Source: Batkoa obscura (Eukaryota). From it: DNA of 64,000 bases. The DNA is taken from NCBI GenBank assembly GCA_030770535.1, contig JASVEC010000024.1:124001-188000 (forward strand), in the 5' to 3' direction. A program made the position numbers and the translations under genes. This document shows positions 38,129-51,194 of this stretch, in pieces (within the stretch, counting starts at the first letter, position 1; every line of letters starts with the position of its first letter). The notes below the pieces were generated by a model. The model was not told where the DNA came from. It did no database searches and saw only the letters and a program-made list of their open reading frames with translations.

Positions 38129-38899
38129 AAGTATGAGGTACGGGTAGAATTATATTGAAAAAGGTGTAAGCTTAGAAATAAACACAAAATAGAGCTTTAG
38201 TATGAACTTCTTTAAACTATGTTTTCAAGGGTTAAGATTAAAAATGATGGTCAATCTTATACTTTTTTAATAAATTTTGAGTACCTTTAACATGATTTAT
38301 GAATTTAGATAATAACTTGAATTTTTTTTATAAAAAGATCTGAGTCTTTTGGAGAAAAGTAAAAGGCATTGAAATCATTTTAAAATAATGACATTTTGTC
38401 CTTGATTTCATTAAACTTTAGTGCATATAAATAAATTCAAAGATAAAACTTCACTTACTTTTATGAGACTAAGTAACCATTTATATACAGGATTGTTGCT
38501 GATATTGTTGCTGATATTGTTTTAAAAAACATCAGCCAATATTACAGTAAAAAAACGTCCCATTTATGCTTAGTAATTATTCTCCAAAAAAAGTTAATAT
38601 TAGTTCGATTTCATAGAAGTTAAAGTGACAATATCAAATATTAGTAGAATGTATTTAGTAAACTTAGTGCTTGATTGTTGATAGATAATGAAGACGGTTA
38701 CACTTAAGTTTCTAACTTTAAGACGTTAAACTAAATCCTTTAAAGCCTGACAATAATAACAAAAAAGAGAAAGGAAGATATAGAATAAAGCCATTGGTAT
38801 AAATTAATAAGTTTAATGTTTTTTTGTTGATAAAAATAAAATAAAAGTTTGATATAAAAAATTAACAATTCTAAACTTGAGTATTCAACTCCAACCTGT

Positions 38900-39420
38900 T
38901 TACACCATAAAACTCTGTCCGCAACCACAAGCTTCCTTTATATTTGGATTATAAAATATAAATTGAGATGATAACTTATCATGAACGTAATCCATTTCAG
39001 AACCGATAATAGATAATAAAGCTTTCGAATCAACTAGCACTTTAATACCTATGGTCAAATTTAATAAGTAACCCACTCAAAAGAAAAAAGCTTTAATTTC
39101 ACTTACCATCTTGTACCACTTCTTCATCAAATTTCTGTTTTTCAGTAACATAATCCAAATCATAAGATAAACCGGAGCAACCTTTTGTACGTACACCAAT
39201 TTTTAGTACCTTACTTTCTTGTCCTTGATATAACTCTTTTAATCTTTCAATGGCTGCTGGCCTCTAAAAATTAAAAAAAGAAACATTTAATCAAACTAGT
39301 TAATAATTGTTAACTATATTTTCAACTTACCAACGTCAATGCTGCTTTTCTTAATCTTAGTTTAGAACTTGGTTTTCTTACTGCGGCCGCAAATGAATGG
39401 CTTACCCTTGTAGCAAACAT
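38900..39420 (-). CDS. ISA1: Iron-sulfur cluster assembly A-type protein (3 exons)
   Basis: KGCSGLSY, IIGSEMDY, NPNIKEACGCGQSF. Confidence 0.92.
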
Positions 39421-39509
39421 ATCGATTGAGTTAGAAATTAATATTTTAGTTAAAAAATGAGTTTCTATTTTTCGTTAGCTGAAAAAATTTCGTAGTTATA
39501 CTAAAATTC

Positions 39510-39526
39510 CACGTGACTTTGATTGG
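39510..39526. promoter_or_regulatory. CACGTG box and CCAAT box ~90-105 bp upstream of ISA1
   Basis: CACGTG 39510-39515 and GATTGG (CCAATC on the - strand) 39521-39526; function is inference. Confidence 0.35.
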
Positions 39527-40250
39527 CCATTGAGGAATGTAATTTGCTTAGTTTTGATCTTATCTAAAATCTTTAATCTTGATCTAGTTTTGAAGATGGG
39601 CTGGTTATAGTAAATTAAGCTTATATTATAAAGGGGTTGGATGTATGAGGAGGTCCTGTCTTAGTGAGAAAGTTATCCTTTTTAAGATTCGATTAGATTA
39701 TAATTGTATAAATAAAATTTAAAATCATAAATTTAGGGTCAATTTTATTAGTGAATTAACAGTGCATAAGTTTTGATTTTTGGAATTCAATAGACTACAT
39801 CTATCAGTAGGTTTTAGTGTCATAAAAGTAAGTGTATGTAAGGTACTATAAATTATAGAATTTATTCTTATAGGTGAAATGTATGGAATAAAACTAGGTC
39901 GGAAAATAGACATTGTAAATTTTGTATTTTATTATTAAAAAGTGGTGTATATTATAGCTGCCATTATTACCATGTTTAAATTATTTCCAATATTCGTTAA
40001 CATTTGCATTTCTACATTAGATTAAAGTTAATTGAAATTTAACTCTAAGATTCAATTCATTATAATTAAACCTTTAAAGAATCTTATATAAAAAAAATCA
40101 TAGATAAAATAAAGGACTATTATTCAATGTCATTTGTTGCTCAAAATTTAAAAAAACAATGAAAAAATAAGCTAATTTGATCTATTTATTTTAAAACATA
40201 GTAAATAAATTATATTCAAATACCATTATACTATCCTATAAATACTAAAT

Positions 40251-40607
40251 TTATTCTTCTTTATGTTCATTGTTAGCATTACTATCAGCTCTTGGAACAT
40301 ATTTTGGTTTTGGACTAGTAGCTTCTGAAATACGAATAGTACGTCCTTTAAAATCAGTGTTGTTTAAAGCGTTAATAGCTTCAACTGCTCCATCTTCATT
40401 GACTTCAACAAAAGCAAAACCTTTACTACGACCTAAACCATCAATAGGTATACTTACTCCATAAACTTCGGAGTGACTGGAAAATAATTCAGTAAGTTCA
40501 GGTTTGGTAGTAGACCATGGAAGGTTACCGACATAGATTGACTTGCTGGCGTAACTACGTACAAAGCTACGAGTGATTAATTTTTGAGTTAATTGTCTGG
40601 CAAACAT
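40251..40607 (-). CDS. Small single-RRM RNA-binding protein with mitochondrial-type presequence (paralog of 37826-38128)
   Basis: IYVGNL, KGFAFVEV, FKGRTIRISEA; N-terminus MFARQLTQKLITRSFVRSYA. Confidence 0.85.
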   Translation of the reverse strand: MFARQLTQKLITRSFVRSYASKSIYVGNLPWSTTKPELTELFSSHSEVYGVSIPIDGLGRSKGFAFVEVNEDGAVEAINALNNTDFKGRTIRISEATSPKPKYVPRADSNANNEHKEE

Positions 40608-40854
40608 TCTTATTTTACTGAAACTTAATTATTTTGCTTAATTATTGATTTGACTTTTATTGAAGTTGAATTCTTAAATCGGGCTTGTTTTATGGGATTT
40701 CAAGCTAAAGCTTACTGCTTTAAACCCAACTTATTCTTAAACCTTAGAATAAAATCAAGTTATAAAAAAATTTAAAGGGCAAATCAAATAACATTTAATT
40801 ATTCTATTGAATTTCTCTAATTTTTATTTAAATAATTTGTATAGCTCAATAACT

Positions 40855-42460
40855 TTAATTAATTCTTAATTTTGATAGTTCAACTTCTTTATACCAATCA
40901 ATATTAGTTAATAATAAAACAGATATTATAGAAATAAATATTGAGCCAATAACTAATCCCAACCATAAACCAACCAATTGTAATTCAAAATAAAAAGCTA
41001 ACAAAATACTAAACGGAGTTGATATAAATAAAAACGAAAATAAATTCAATTTAGCACCGAATTCTTGTCTTCCCATACCACGAAATAGCCCACCACAAAC
41101 ACCGCCAATAGTATCAGTAAACTAAGTGATGTTATTAATATAATTAAATACAATCAATATCTTATTAAACTTACTTGAAACAAGGCCAACACTGGCAATA
41201 CATTTTGAAGGATTTTTACAAATTGAGGATCATTGTTATTGAATTGTTTTAAATAATTGGATGTCAATAAAATAAATAAACAAGTTATTAAGCCATGAAT
41301 ACTACCTACAATAATACAATTCATTGATGTTTTTTTTGCTTTTTTAGCATCCCCTAATCCCAGTGTATTTCCAATTAATATACTAGCTACTGCTGATGTA
41401 CCTATAGATATTTGAAAAAATAAAGTACCCAAATTACCTAAAGATCCATGGGCTGCGAGTGATGTGGTATTGATATATGAAGCACAAAAGGCTAATATTT
41501 CATAAGTCCACCATTCAGAGCATAACATAATTACACCTGGAATACCTAATAAAAGTAGTACAAATTAATATATTCAATATTAATATTACTAATGTCACTA
41601 CCTAACTTAATAATAATATTCCACTCTTTAAATGCATTTATAGTAAAACCGCCCCAAGCCTGTTTACCATCAATAAATAATACATAACAAATACTAAATA
41701 AAAAAGAAGACCAAGTAGATATTACTAATGATATTGGTGCACCTATAAATCCAATCGATAATGCTGGATGCCAAACTAGTATATAATTACACAATACACA
41801 AATGGGTAAACTTAATATTAAAATATAAGCCGAGGCATTCATTATATCTAAATAAAGAGAAATATATATCAATAAAAGGGCGTATAAATAAAAGTAAAAT
41901 ATTAATTTACTTTGAGCTTGTAAATATTTTTTAATACACTCAAAACCAATAAAAGGAGGTACTGCTAACAATAACCATTTTAAGTAGACTCCACAAAGTC
42001 GACTCAACTCTTCCTCTTGTCCAATCAGCAATAACAGTTCTTCCGCTTTCAACCAAATTGCTGAGATTGGAAGAAATAAAACTAAGGAAACAAAAAACCC
42101 TCTTTGAGCAAATAAGCCTACTAATTTGATATCTCGACTACCAGTATATGCTTGGGAACACAAAGTTTCTAAACAGGATGTCATACCTAAGGCAAATGCA
42201 AATCCAGTCATGTTTGCAAACATAGTACTTAAGGCGGAGGAGGCTAACTCAGATTTTCCTAACCAACCAACGGAGTAATTGGTAATGAAAGGATTGAGGA
42301 ATTCGATTAAATAGGAGAGGATGACTGGTAGTGACATGATGGAAATCGAAGTACAATTGTTGGGCGCTGAAGCGTTTTTTTCGGGTAATAATAAGGCAAT
42401 TTCATTTTTATTATTGAGTGGTGTAAGTTGATTTTTTATTGTTGTAATTGAGGTTGTCAT
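40855..42460 (-). CDS. MATE-family efflux transporter, multi-exon
   Basis: CLETLCSQAYTG, KKYLQAQ, CSEWWTYE, RGMGRQEFGA, GLWLG. Confidence 0.88.
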
Positions 42461-43056
42461 TTTTAGAAAAAAGTTTGATTTATGATTTTTGATTTTTTTA
42501 AATTTAAGTTTAGTCTAGATTTTTGATTTTTCATAAAACTGGTATTTTGATGAATATTGATTGGCTTAAGGATATTTATAGTAAATTACTTGGTCTGTTT
42601 CATGTTAATTGTTCATATTTTTTCTACAATTCTAGTTAAGAAATATGACAATTAATGTGAGACAAATTGAATACTTTGAATAAAATATCAAATTTTATCT
42701 AATATTATTAGAATATATGATAATGTATAATGGTATAGAATTATGATAGTATTAAAGTACCCAATAACAGTTATAAAGTTTATACATAGTTTCTCTCTAG
42801 GCAAGATTAACTAATAATAATAATGATAATAAACTTCCAAATGACCAAATCTTATTTAATTGTATATTTTATAAAATCGAAACATAAATAGTGTGATTCA
42901 GAAATCAATAGCTATGATTTTAAATAGAAATTAAATATAGATAAACAAATAGACTAGCTTTATAAGTCAATCAAAATAATGTTAATACTTGTCTTCTCTA
43001 TTGAAGTAAAATTTATTATTTGAGCTAACTTTTAAATTACTTTAGCACTTAATTAT

Positions 43057-44346
43057 TCAAATTCCACCAACTTTACCTAACTTAAATGGTCTGCCTCTTT
43101 TTTTCTTAACAGTTGTATCAGCTGATTTATTATTACCTACATTACCCTTATTCACCTCATTTGGACTACCCTTATCAGTATTTATAGGCGTATTGGGATC
43201 CTCATTGCTTTGATCTTTACTTGATGAAATACCCTCATTATCACCACTATCTTTTACGCCACCTAAATCTCCTTTCCTTGGTCTTCCTTTTTTCTTCTTT
43301 TCACCATCATTTTTAATAGCACTATCATTCAACTCATCATTATTCATCTTATCCGAAACTTTTTTTTTTGGCCTTCCCCTTTTTTTTGTATTGTCACTTT
43401 TGATAGCACTTTCATTCAATTCTTCAGTAACTTTAGCTTCATTCAAACCGATTTTCTTTGGCCTTCCTCTTCCTTTCTTTTCAGTATCGTTTTTAATAAT
43501 ACCCTTATTTAATTCCTCAGTATTATTCTTAATAATTGTCTCATTTAATACTTCACTATGATTGATATCTTCAGGAGTGGTTCTCTTCGGTCTTCCTCTT
43601 CCTCTTTTTTCTGTATTAATAATAGCACTTTGATTTAATTCTTCGGCACCATTGATATCTTTAAGAATGATCTTCTTTGGTCTTCCTCTTCCTTTCACTT
43701 CGTTATCATATTTAACAATAGTTCCATTTAATGCTTCATTATTGTCTTTAATAATACCTTTATTTAATTTTCCAGTATCATCCGCCTTTTCTGAGACGAC
43801 TCTCTTTGGCCTCCCTCTTCTTTTCTTTCCTGTAGTAATACCAATAACATCTTCATTCAAAAATGCACTCTTATCCTTAACAATACTTCTATTCAAAGCT
43901 TCTCTATCATATTTGATATCACTTTTATCTGATACTTCAATATTAGCCTCCTTTTGAGTAACGGCTTTCTTTGGTCTACCTCTTCGCTTCTTTTCTGTGT
44001 TAGTACTAATAGCACTTTTAATTAATTCTCCTTCATTAGTTTTACCTGAAGTGATTTTCTTTGGCCTGCCTCTTCCTTTCTTTTCGGCACTATCTTTAAT
44101 AATACTTTCATCTGATTGTTCTCTATCATTAACAATACTAAAAACGACTTTCTTTGGTCTTCCCCTTCCTTTCTTTTCAGTATCATTAACAATAGGGCTT
44201 TTATTTAATGCCTCACTATCACTCACATTTTTAGAAACAATTTTCTTTGGTCTTCCCCTCTTTTTTATTGGCTCTTGAACTTGTTGATTATCGTCACCTT
44301 CATCTAGGTCTAGATCTGTTTTTGTTGAAACTTTACTTATTCCCAT
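43057..44346 (-). CDS. Stand-alone HMGA-like protein made of 11 AT-hook repeats; paralog of the ORC1 N-terminus
   Basis: Uninterrupted 429-codon ORF with 11 (K/R)GRP motifs, many ~31 aa apart; linkers align with the ORC1 N-terminal repeats. Confidence 0.75.
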   Translation of the reverse strand: MGISKVSTKTDLDLDEGDDNQQVQEPIKKRGRPKKIVSKNVSDSEALNKSPIVNDTEKKGRGRPKKVVFSIVNDREQSDESIIKDSAEKKGRGRPKKITSGKTNEGELIKSAISTNTEKKRRGRPKKAVTQKEANIEVSDKSDIKYDREALNRSIVKDKSAFLNEDVIGITTGKKRRGRPKRVVSEKADDTGKLNKGIIKDNNEALNGTIVKYDNEVKGRGRPKKIILKDINGAEELNQSAIINTEKRGRGRPKRTTPEDINHSEVLNETIIKNNTEELNKGIIKNDTEKKGRGRPKKIGLNEAKVTEELNESAIKSDNTKKRGRPKKKVSDKMNNDELNDSAIKNDGEKKKKGRPRKGDLGGVKDSGDNEGISSSKDQSNEDPNTPINTDKGSPNEVNKGNVGNNKSADTTVKKKRGRPFKLGKVGGI

Positions 44347-44842
44347 GTTACTGATACTTTTACTAATAACTGGAATTTTTTCAACCTAAAAAATTGGAAA
44401 AAAGAATTTGGCTGGAGTTTTGGGATTCTTTTATAGTTGATTGAAATAAAATCAGGGATGCGTCATTTTTGATTAATTTAATACCAATTATGAAACCCAG
44501 TCTTTACATAAGATTTAATAATGTATAGTATAAATAATAATGTATTACCACAATGAGGTTTTGAGTTCTCAATGGCAACTGTAACAACTTTATACGTAAT
44601 ATTTATTAAGATCAATTTTCGTTTATATGTGCAATTTTATAACAACTAGGTTAAAAATTAACTGTATACTTTAAAACCAAAGCAAAAATAGTTTTTGATA
44701 TTTAAAGCAATAATTGTTTTTAAATAATGAACTTAGTTTAAATTCTTCTTTATTTAAACAAATGTATATTATTTGAGACATGGTTTCAGTGAATTTTAAG
44801 GGTTATTTTAATAAGATCTCAGGATTTTATCTAAAGATTATT

Positions 44843-45360
44843 TCAATTTGGTGATTTGTCTTTTTTGCTTCCAACTGGGTCCATTAATTGTATAAAACTA
44901 AGATTCATACTGTTTACTTCAGATAAAACATCTTTCTCACTACATACAGTTGTATCAGTATCTTTATCACTTTAACTTTCACCTAATACAATATCACCAT
45001 CATTTTTGTTTAATAAATTGATACTATTTTCTATCTCATTCAAGTTGCTTTTCTCTGAATTTCCTATTTTGTTATTTTGAATATAGTTGTTAATAGCATT
45101 TCTATCCAATCCAACTAAAGCTACTTTTTTGGTAGGATCAGTGCTATTACTTATTTCAGCACCTTCAGGAACATTTGCTATTTATTTATCATTACTATTA
45201 ATGGCATTTTCGTTCTCTTGATTCAAAACCGCTTTCCTTCGTCCTCCGATCTTATTTGTAGGTCCTTAAGTTAGTTGACCATCTCTATTTTTTACTTGTT
45301 GATAATTGCTTTTACTTTCTGGATCAGAATCAGGACTTATTGAGCTTCTGTTTTTCCTTA
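44843..45360 (-). pseudogene. Possible decayed third copy of the ORC1-N-terminus/AT-hook gene family
   Basis: Stop-interrupted frame NYQQVKNRDGQLT*GPTNKIGGRRKAVLNQENENAINSNDK*; related upstream motif at 45435-45452; similarity weak. Confidence 0.3.
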
Positions 45361-46720
45361 TGTTAATCGCAATGTATGTATTTGAATTGAAAATTTTTGC
45401 TTGCTGTAGTTAGAAAAATTATTTTAATTAGTCATTTTGAATTCTTTTATGGTAAACTAATTAATTTAGTAAATAATAAACATCATTATTAGCTAATTAA
45501 AATGTAGCTATAATTTAAAAAATAACAATGTAAAGAAGAGTTTAAATATGTCTTTTTATACTCAATGACAGATAACATATAAGAGCAAAATTCCAAATAT
45601 AATTATTTCATTAAAAAGCTACATTAATAGACAAAGCTGAGACTATATTTATTACTTTTTTAGTTATTATTAGTATTTTAATCAGCTATAAAGTAATAAG
45701 CATACACTCAGTTTTATCTACCACTATAGTTGAGTGTTTTATTTTCCAATATTAAGCAGCGATCTTTGTATTGAAGTAAGTTACCCTTTTAAAAGATGAA
45801 TTAAGTTTCAAACAACAATAACTTTGTGAAAAAGTTCAATATAAATTAAGTTTTTAATTTATAATGGTGTTTAATCTATTAATCTTTAAACAAGTAACAT
45901 TATTATTTGCTATTTCAAGTAAAATATAATAAATAAATCAAGAGTTCTTTATTATAGTACTAAGTTTTATATGCTATAAAATGTTTAATAATTTAGTAAA
46001 TCAAGCTATAATTTTATACTTTACTGCCTTAAATCCATAATATATAAATCAATATATAATATTTTAAACTTTTGTATGCCGTTTTTGAAGCTAATGAAAT
46101 GACATTATTTAATTTGATAAAATTAATTTTATAAATACTATAATAAACCACTTATTATGAGGGATTTAACTATAAACCCAGATGGTTCTATTACAGATCC
46201 TATATTGAATTAAATTATAATAGTTTATCATTAACAATAGTTGATATCTTTAAATTCGCTAATCACTCAATTTAACAACTTGATCATATTAAACTGATTA
46301 GTGGTAAATATGTTCTATCATTAAAAATGTAAAATAAAATTTCATTTACTAACTACTTGTTTAAGTTTATATTAAGCTGTTTTTGATATATCGACCAAAT
46401 CAACAACAAAGGACGATTCTTACTAAACATAAAAGCAATAATAAACCTACAATTTTGCTAATATATCGCAGCCTAGTTATATAAAAATCATAATAATAAA
46501 ATTGAATACCATACAATCCTTTTCAATCACCATATGATCAACTGTATCTAAAGTAATAAATAAACTAAACATTATGTAATCTTGATGATTGAAACAAATA
46601 ATGGTAAATCTATCTAAAATGAATTATAATGGCAATAAAATCATCCTAAAGTAAGTGTTAGCTTAAGGTATATTTTATCAGTTTATAGACAATAGTTTTC
46701 TAACTTTAATTAAATTATAT

Positions 46721-47729
46721 TTAAGCAGTTTTTGGTTTAGCAAGTTCAACACCGTTAGTAGCACCGAGCATACGTTTAACATCACCGTAGATAGCGAATT
46801 GACCTGAAGTAAGGGCACCAACCATAACAATACGGGCACCAAGACCGAGGAAGAGACCACGTGGACCAAGTTCTTTAGCCATAACAGCTAAACGAGAAAC
46901 AATGGATCCTTCAGCACCCTTTTGTTTGTTAATTTTAGAGAGAAGGGTATCAGCTGGTTGAGAGATGATAGCGGCAGCAATACCAGCGATTAAACCAGCA
47001 CCAAGATTGATATAAGTGTTAGTAGCTGGGGAGAGTTGTTCTTTTGGTTTACCAACAGAAGCGTAGATAGCTTCAGCGGCACGTTCGTAGACAACGAATT
47101 TAGCCATAGTATATGGAACTTGTTTGAAAAGAATTGGGAAGAAACCGGAGTAGAAACCACGGGCTACACCTTCTTCTTTAAGAATACGGGTGAAACCTGA
47201 TACAAGGCCGGTAGCAAATTCAGGTTGAGAAACAAGACGAATACGAGTGGCTTCAAGTGGGCAAAGGGCAATATCAGCGAAGAATTCAGCAATAGCTGAA
47301 GAAGCAAGATATACAGCAGTACGGTTGTTGGTGGCAGTTTCAACACCAACGGTTTCAATAATGGTCTTTTTCCAGAATTCATAACCTCCGAATTTAAGGG
47401 CACCTTGAATAAAGTAACCAGAAATGGTTGGGCCAAGACCAGTAAGAAGGGCGCCAGCACCTTCGTTCTTGACTACTTGACGGAAAGAGCCAAGCATACC
47501 ATCTTTGTAGACGGTTGGTTCAAGTTGCATACGAGTTTTAACCTAAAGGTTACTCAATATATTTCAATATAAATAGTCAAATAAAACAACTTACAACATC
47601 GACTGGGGTTAAAGCACCATGGGTGACAGCGCAGCAAATGGCACCAGCAAAGGCAAAACGAGCATAAAGGGCAGCACCAGTTGGTGGAGCAGTTTCGCTT
47701 GGGTTACGAGCAATAAGTTGTGAGGCCAT
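46721..47729 (-). CDS. MIR1: Mitochondrial phosphate carrier (2 exons)
   Basis: [54 protein letters not shown]. Confidence 0.95.
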
Positions 47730-48862
47730 AGTAATTGATATCTAATAACTTCCAATAAGGAGAAGGTAAAATTAGATTCTAATTTTGATTTTGAAGCTTT
47801 TTATATTTCGCTCTTTGTTTGGGGTGTAATTTAAATTGAACCAATCATTTTCGGGGGCTAAATATTACCCTCTGGGACTTCATTGGCCCTTTAAATGGCC
47901 TAATTTATAATTTTGGGTTTTTGTGGAAATGATATCAGATTAGAGAGAATATAAAAATATAAAAGTTGATATTCGATCTTCAATACTAACCCTTTGTTAA
48001 CATTCCTTTACTTTGAATAAACTTCTTTTACTTTATTTCAAACAAAATTTACGAGGAGCGCAGCTGTAACAATTTAATCATAGCAGTTATTTTTAATTTA
48101 TTGCTTATAAAAAGAATTTAATTTGTTAAAACGAGCTTTAAGTTTTCGGAACTAAATAAGCTGTTTAGCCGATTTCAATCAAAGTCCGATTCCTATTTAT
48201 TCCTTTAGCTCCTCTTGAAGACAAAGTTTGATATCTAAGAAAGATAAACAATAGATAGCTAGCATTTTAATACGCTATAGTAAGCTAATTGATTTTTGCT
48301 TTTACAATAATATTTGAAAGCATTATAGTTAGCGCATGGCATTATGATTGGCTATAAAGCGTTAAAACCAGAACCATGTGAAAGTTGGAAATTTACAAAT
48401 GGAAAAAATAATTAGCATTTTATACACTTACAGTAGTAAAGCAGTACTTCTATAATGGAATGTATATGTACTTATAATATAATTAAGCCTAATTGTTTAT
48501 AAGATATTATAACTTCATATTTATTATTACTTTGAAATTTATTACTGTGATCTCAAGTTTGCGTATTTTAACAAGCAACTTTATTTGAAAATAGCACATG
48601 ACGTTACTAATTATGAATTGTAAAAAATAAGTGATGAGTTACCATTAGAAATAAATACTTAATTTACAATGGATGATCAAGTAGCCTAAAGTCATACCTG
48701 TTGATCACTAGAAATACCATATATCTTCCTATAAACGTAGTGAAACTGAGTCTATGGACTGACAAAGGACTTTATTGCTTTTCTTAAAATAATGAGAAGA
48801 TAAATAAAAATTTCTTTTTAAAGAGCTAGTTTGAGCAAGTACGTATGATGGACTAAAATCTA

Positions 48863-50526
48863 CTATATATCCTCATCAAGTCGAGCTTTTGTATTTCGAA
48901 CCTCTTGATCCCAATCAGCCATCATAGTTAGACCAACAGATATCAAGGCAATAAGGGCAGATCCAGAAGCAAAGCCAATCCAGAGCCCTTTTAACCCAAA
49001 ATCAAAATGAAATGCTAATAGGATGCCAAATGGAATAGCTACAAAATAGAATACTGAAAAATTTAACTTTGCGCCTATATCTTGTCTTCCCATTCCTCTT
49101 AATATACCGTTTGCAACTCCAGCGGCAACATCGCCAAACTATCGAAATAAAATTAATTACTATAAATGAACAAATAATAAATAATAAATATACCTGAAGT
49201 ATAGCCAAAACAGGAAGCACATTAGCTACAATTTCTACAATTTCTGGATCATCGTTATAAAAGCTCTTTAAGTAAGGTGACAAGATCAGGATCATAACGA
49301 AGGAAAATGACCCATAGATAACTCCAACGGCAAGACAAGAGAGTGATATACGTTTAGCTCTATTCGGATAACCCTTTCCAAGTATATTTCCTACTATATT
49401 ACTAGATACTGTCCCTGCTCCAAAGGCCACTTGGTACAATAACCCAGACATACCACTTAATGCCCCATGAGCTGCTAATGACCCAGTGCTGATATAGGAA
49501 GCAGAAAAAGCCATAATTTCATAAGCCCACCATTCTGAGCACACCATGATAACACCTGGAAGACCTAGATAGAGGATTGAAATTTTAAATTTGTAATATT
49601 TGAGATTAACAATATTCCTTACCTAGCTTAATAATTGGCTTCCATTCAGAAAAAGCTTTCCAAGTAAAGCCACCCCATGCCTTCCTCCCATCAATAAATA
49701 CGACGTAAAGTACACCTAAAATAAATGAAGACCAACTTGTTATTGAAGAAGCAATCGGAGCGCCAATAAAACCCAACGAAGTACTTGGATGCCAAACTAA
49801 TAAATAGTTTGAAATGGCACAAACTGGTAAATTTATAATCAGGATATTTGCTGATGCGTTCATAATACCTTCATTCAATTATATAAAACAATATGCAAAG
49901 ATTTAAAATTAGTTACCCTGAGCTTGTAAAAACTTTTTAACACATTCAAAACCAATAAAGGGAGGCACTGCAAACAACAACCATCTTAAATAAACTCCAC
50001 ATAACTCCGATAAAACTTCAGTTTGTCCAATGGCCAAAAGGATACTTTCAGCATGATACCAAGTTAAAGAGATGGGCAAAAACAGGCACATTGACGTCCA
50101 AAATCCTCTTTGAGCATAAACACCGACTTGTTTGATATCGTTGGAACCAGTATATGCTTGAGAACATAAAGTATCTAAACAGGAGGTCATTCCTGTAGCA
50201 AAAGACCATCCAGTTATACTAGCAAACATTGCACTTAAAGCTGATGAAGCCAACTCTTCTTTTCCTAACCAACCAACAGAATAACTAGTTATAAATGGGT
50301 TTAAGAATTCTACTAAATAAGAGATTATCACAGGGATACATATAATAAACGTAGAGGATATTTCTTTTAAAATTTCTTTTGCGTTGTATACTTCTACTGC
50401 TCTTATATCCCCTTTGGTATTTGTAATGGCATCCTCTTCTAACAATGTAACTGAAGAATAATTTTTATTTATGTCATTATGGTCAATCAACGTTGTCGTG
50501 CTGTCTTGCGGCTGTTCATAAGGCAT
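48863..50526 (-). CDS. MATE-family efflux transporter, paralog of 40855-42460
   Basis: CLDTLCSQAYTG, CSEWWAYE, RGMGRQDIGA; similar exon layout. Confidence 0.88.
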
Positions 50527-50753
50527 TATTGCGATCTAATTTTTTAATTATTGTTAACAAAGTGAGTTGATTTTCTATTCAATTTATTCTAAAAAAATAA
50601 ACTAATTTTTAACTCTCACTTTTATTTAAACTGCGTATATATGAGGTTATCTTTTGTTTTAAAATTATAATCACAGACCAATTTAAATGCGAATGATCTT
50701 TTTAAATTTGTCATTGTATTCATTTAAAATTTTAATAATCTAATTCTTTTAAA

Positions 50754-50857
50754 ATATGGGGATGTTTTTTTGATTTCATTACTTTTTCCATGTTTTAAGC
50801 ACTATTTGAGTAGAATAATTGTTAGTAAAATTCTTAAATAAAAAAATACATCCCCAT
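50754..50857 (-). mobile_element. MITE-like copy
   Basis: ATATGGGGATGTTTTTTTGATTTCATTAC...AATACATCCCCAT. Confidence 0.88.
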
Positions 50858-51194
50858 GTTTTTAAATCTTTTAAATAAAGTCCATGAAAATTTAAAAACT
50901 TTAAGTATATTTAAATTGAGATATGCGATGGGTTGCATTTAATAAAAAATTATAATATAACAAATGTATAACTTAGATCAAAAAATAATATTTATATTTT
51001 ATTTTATCCTTTGATCTAAATTTAATATTCTATATCTGTTCAAAATTATCAAAATACTTATAATATCATCCTATATTAAAAACATTATAAAAAAATAGAA
51101 TTTATTAAAAGAATATATTAAGTTTAAGTTGATGAATCTCTACCAGCTGGAACGATTAAAGCTAAAATAAAGATTAATAAAAATTTACTATAAG

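Noticed and set aside
38493..38521. 12-bp tandem repeat TTGTTGCTGATA
   Set aside because: Only ~2.4 copies; no further structure.
43652..44278. Plus-strand ORFs with FFGLPLP repeats
   Set aside because: Antisense shadows of the AT-hook repeat gene.
46678..47460. Alternative-frame ORFs over MIR1
   Set aside because: By-product of codon bias in a highly expressed gene.
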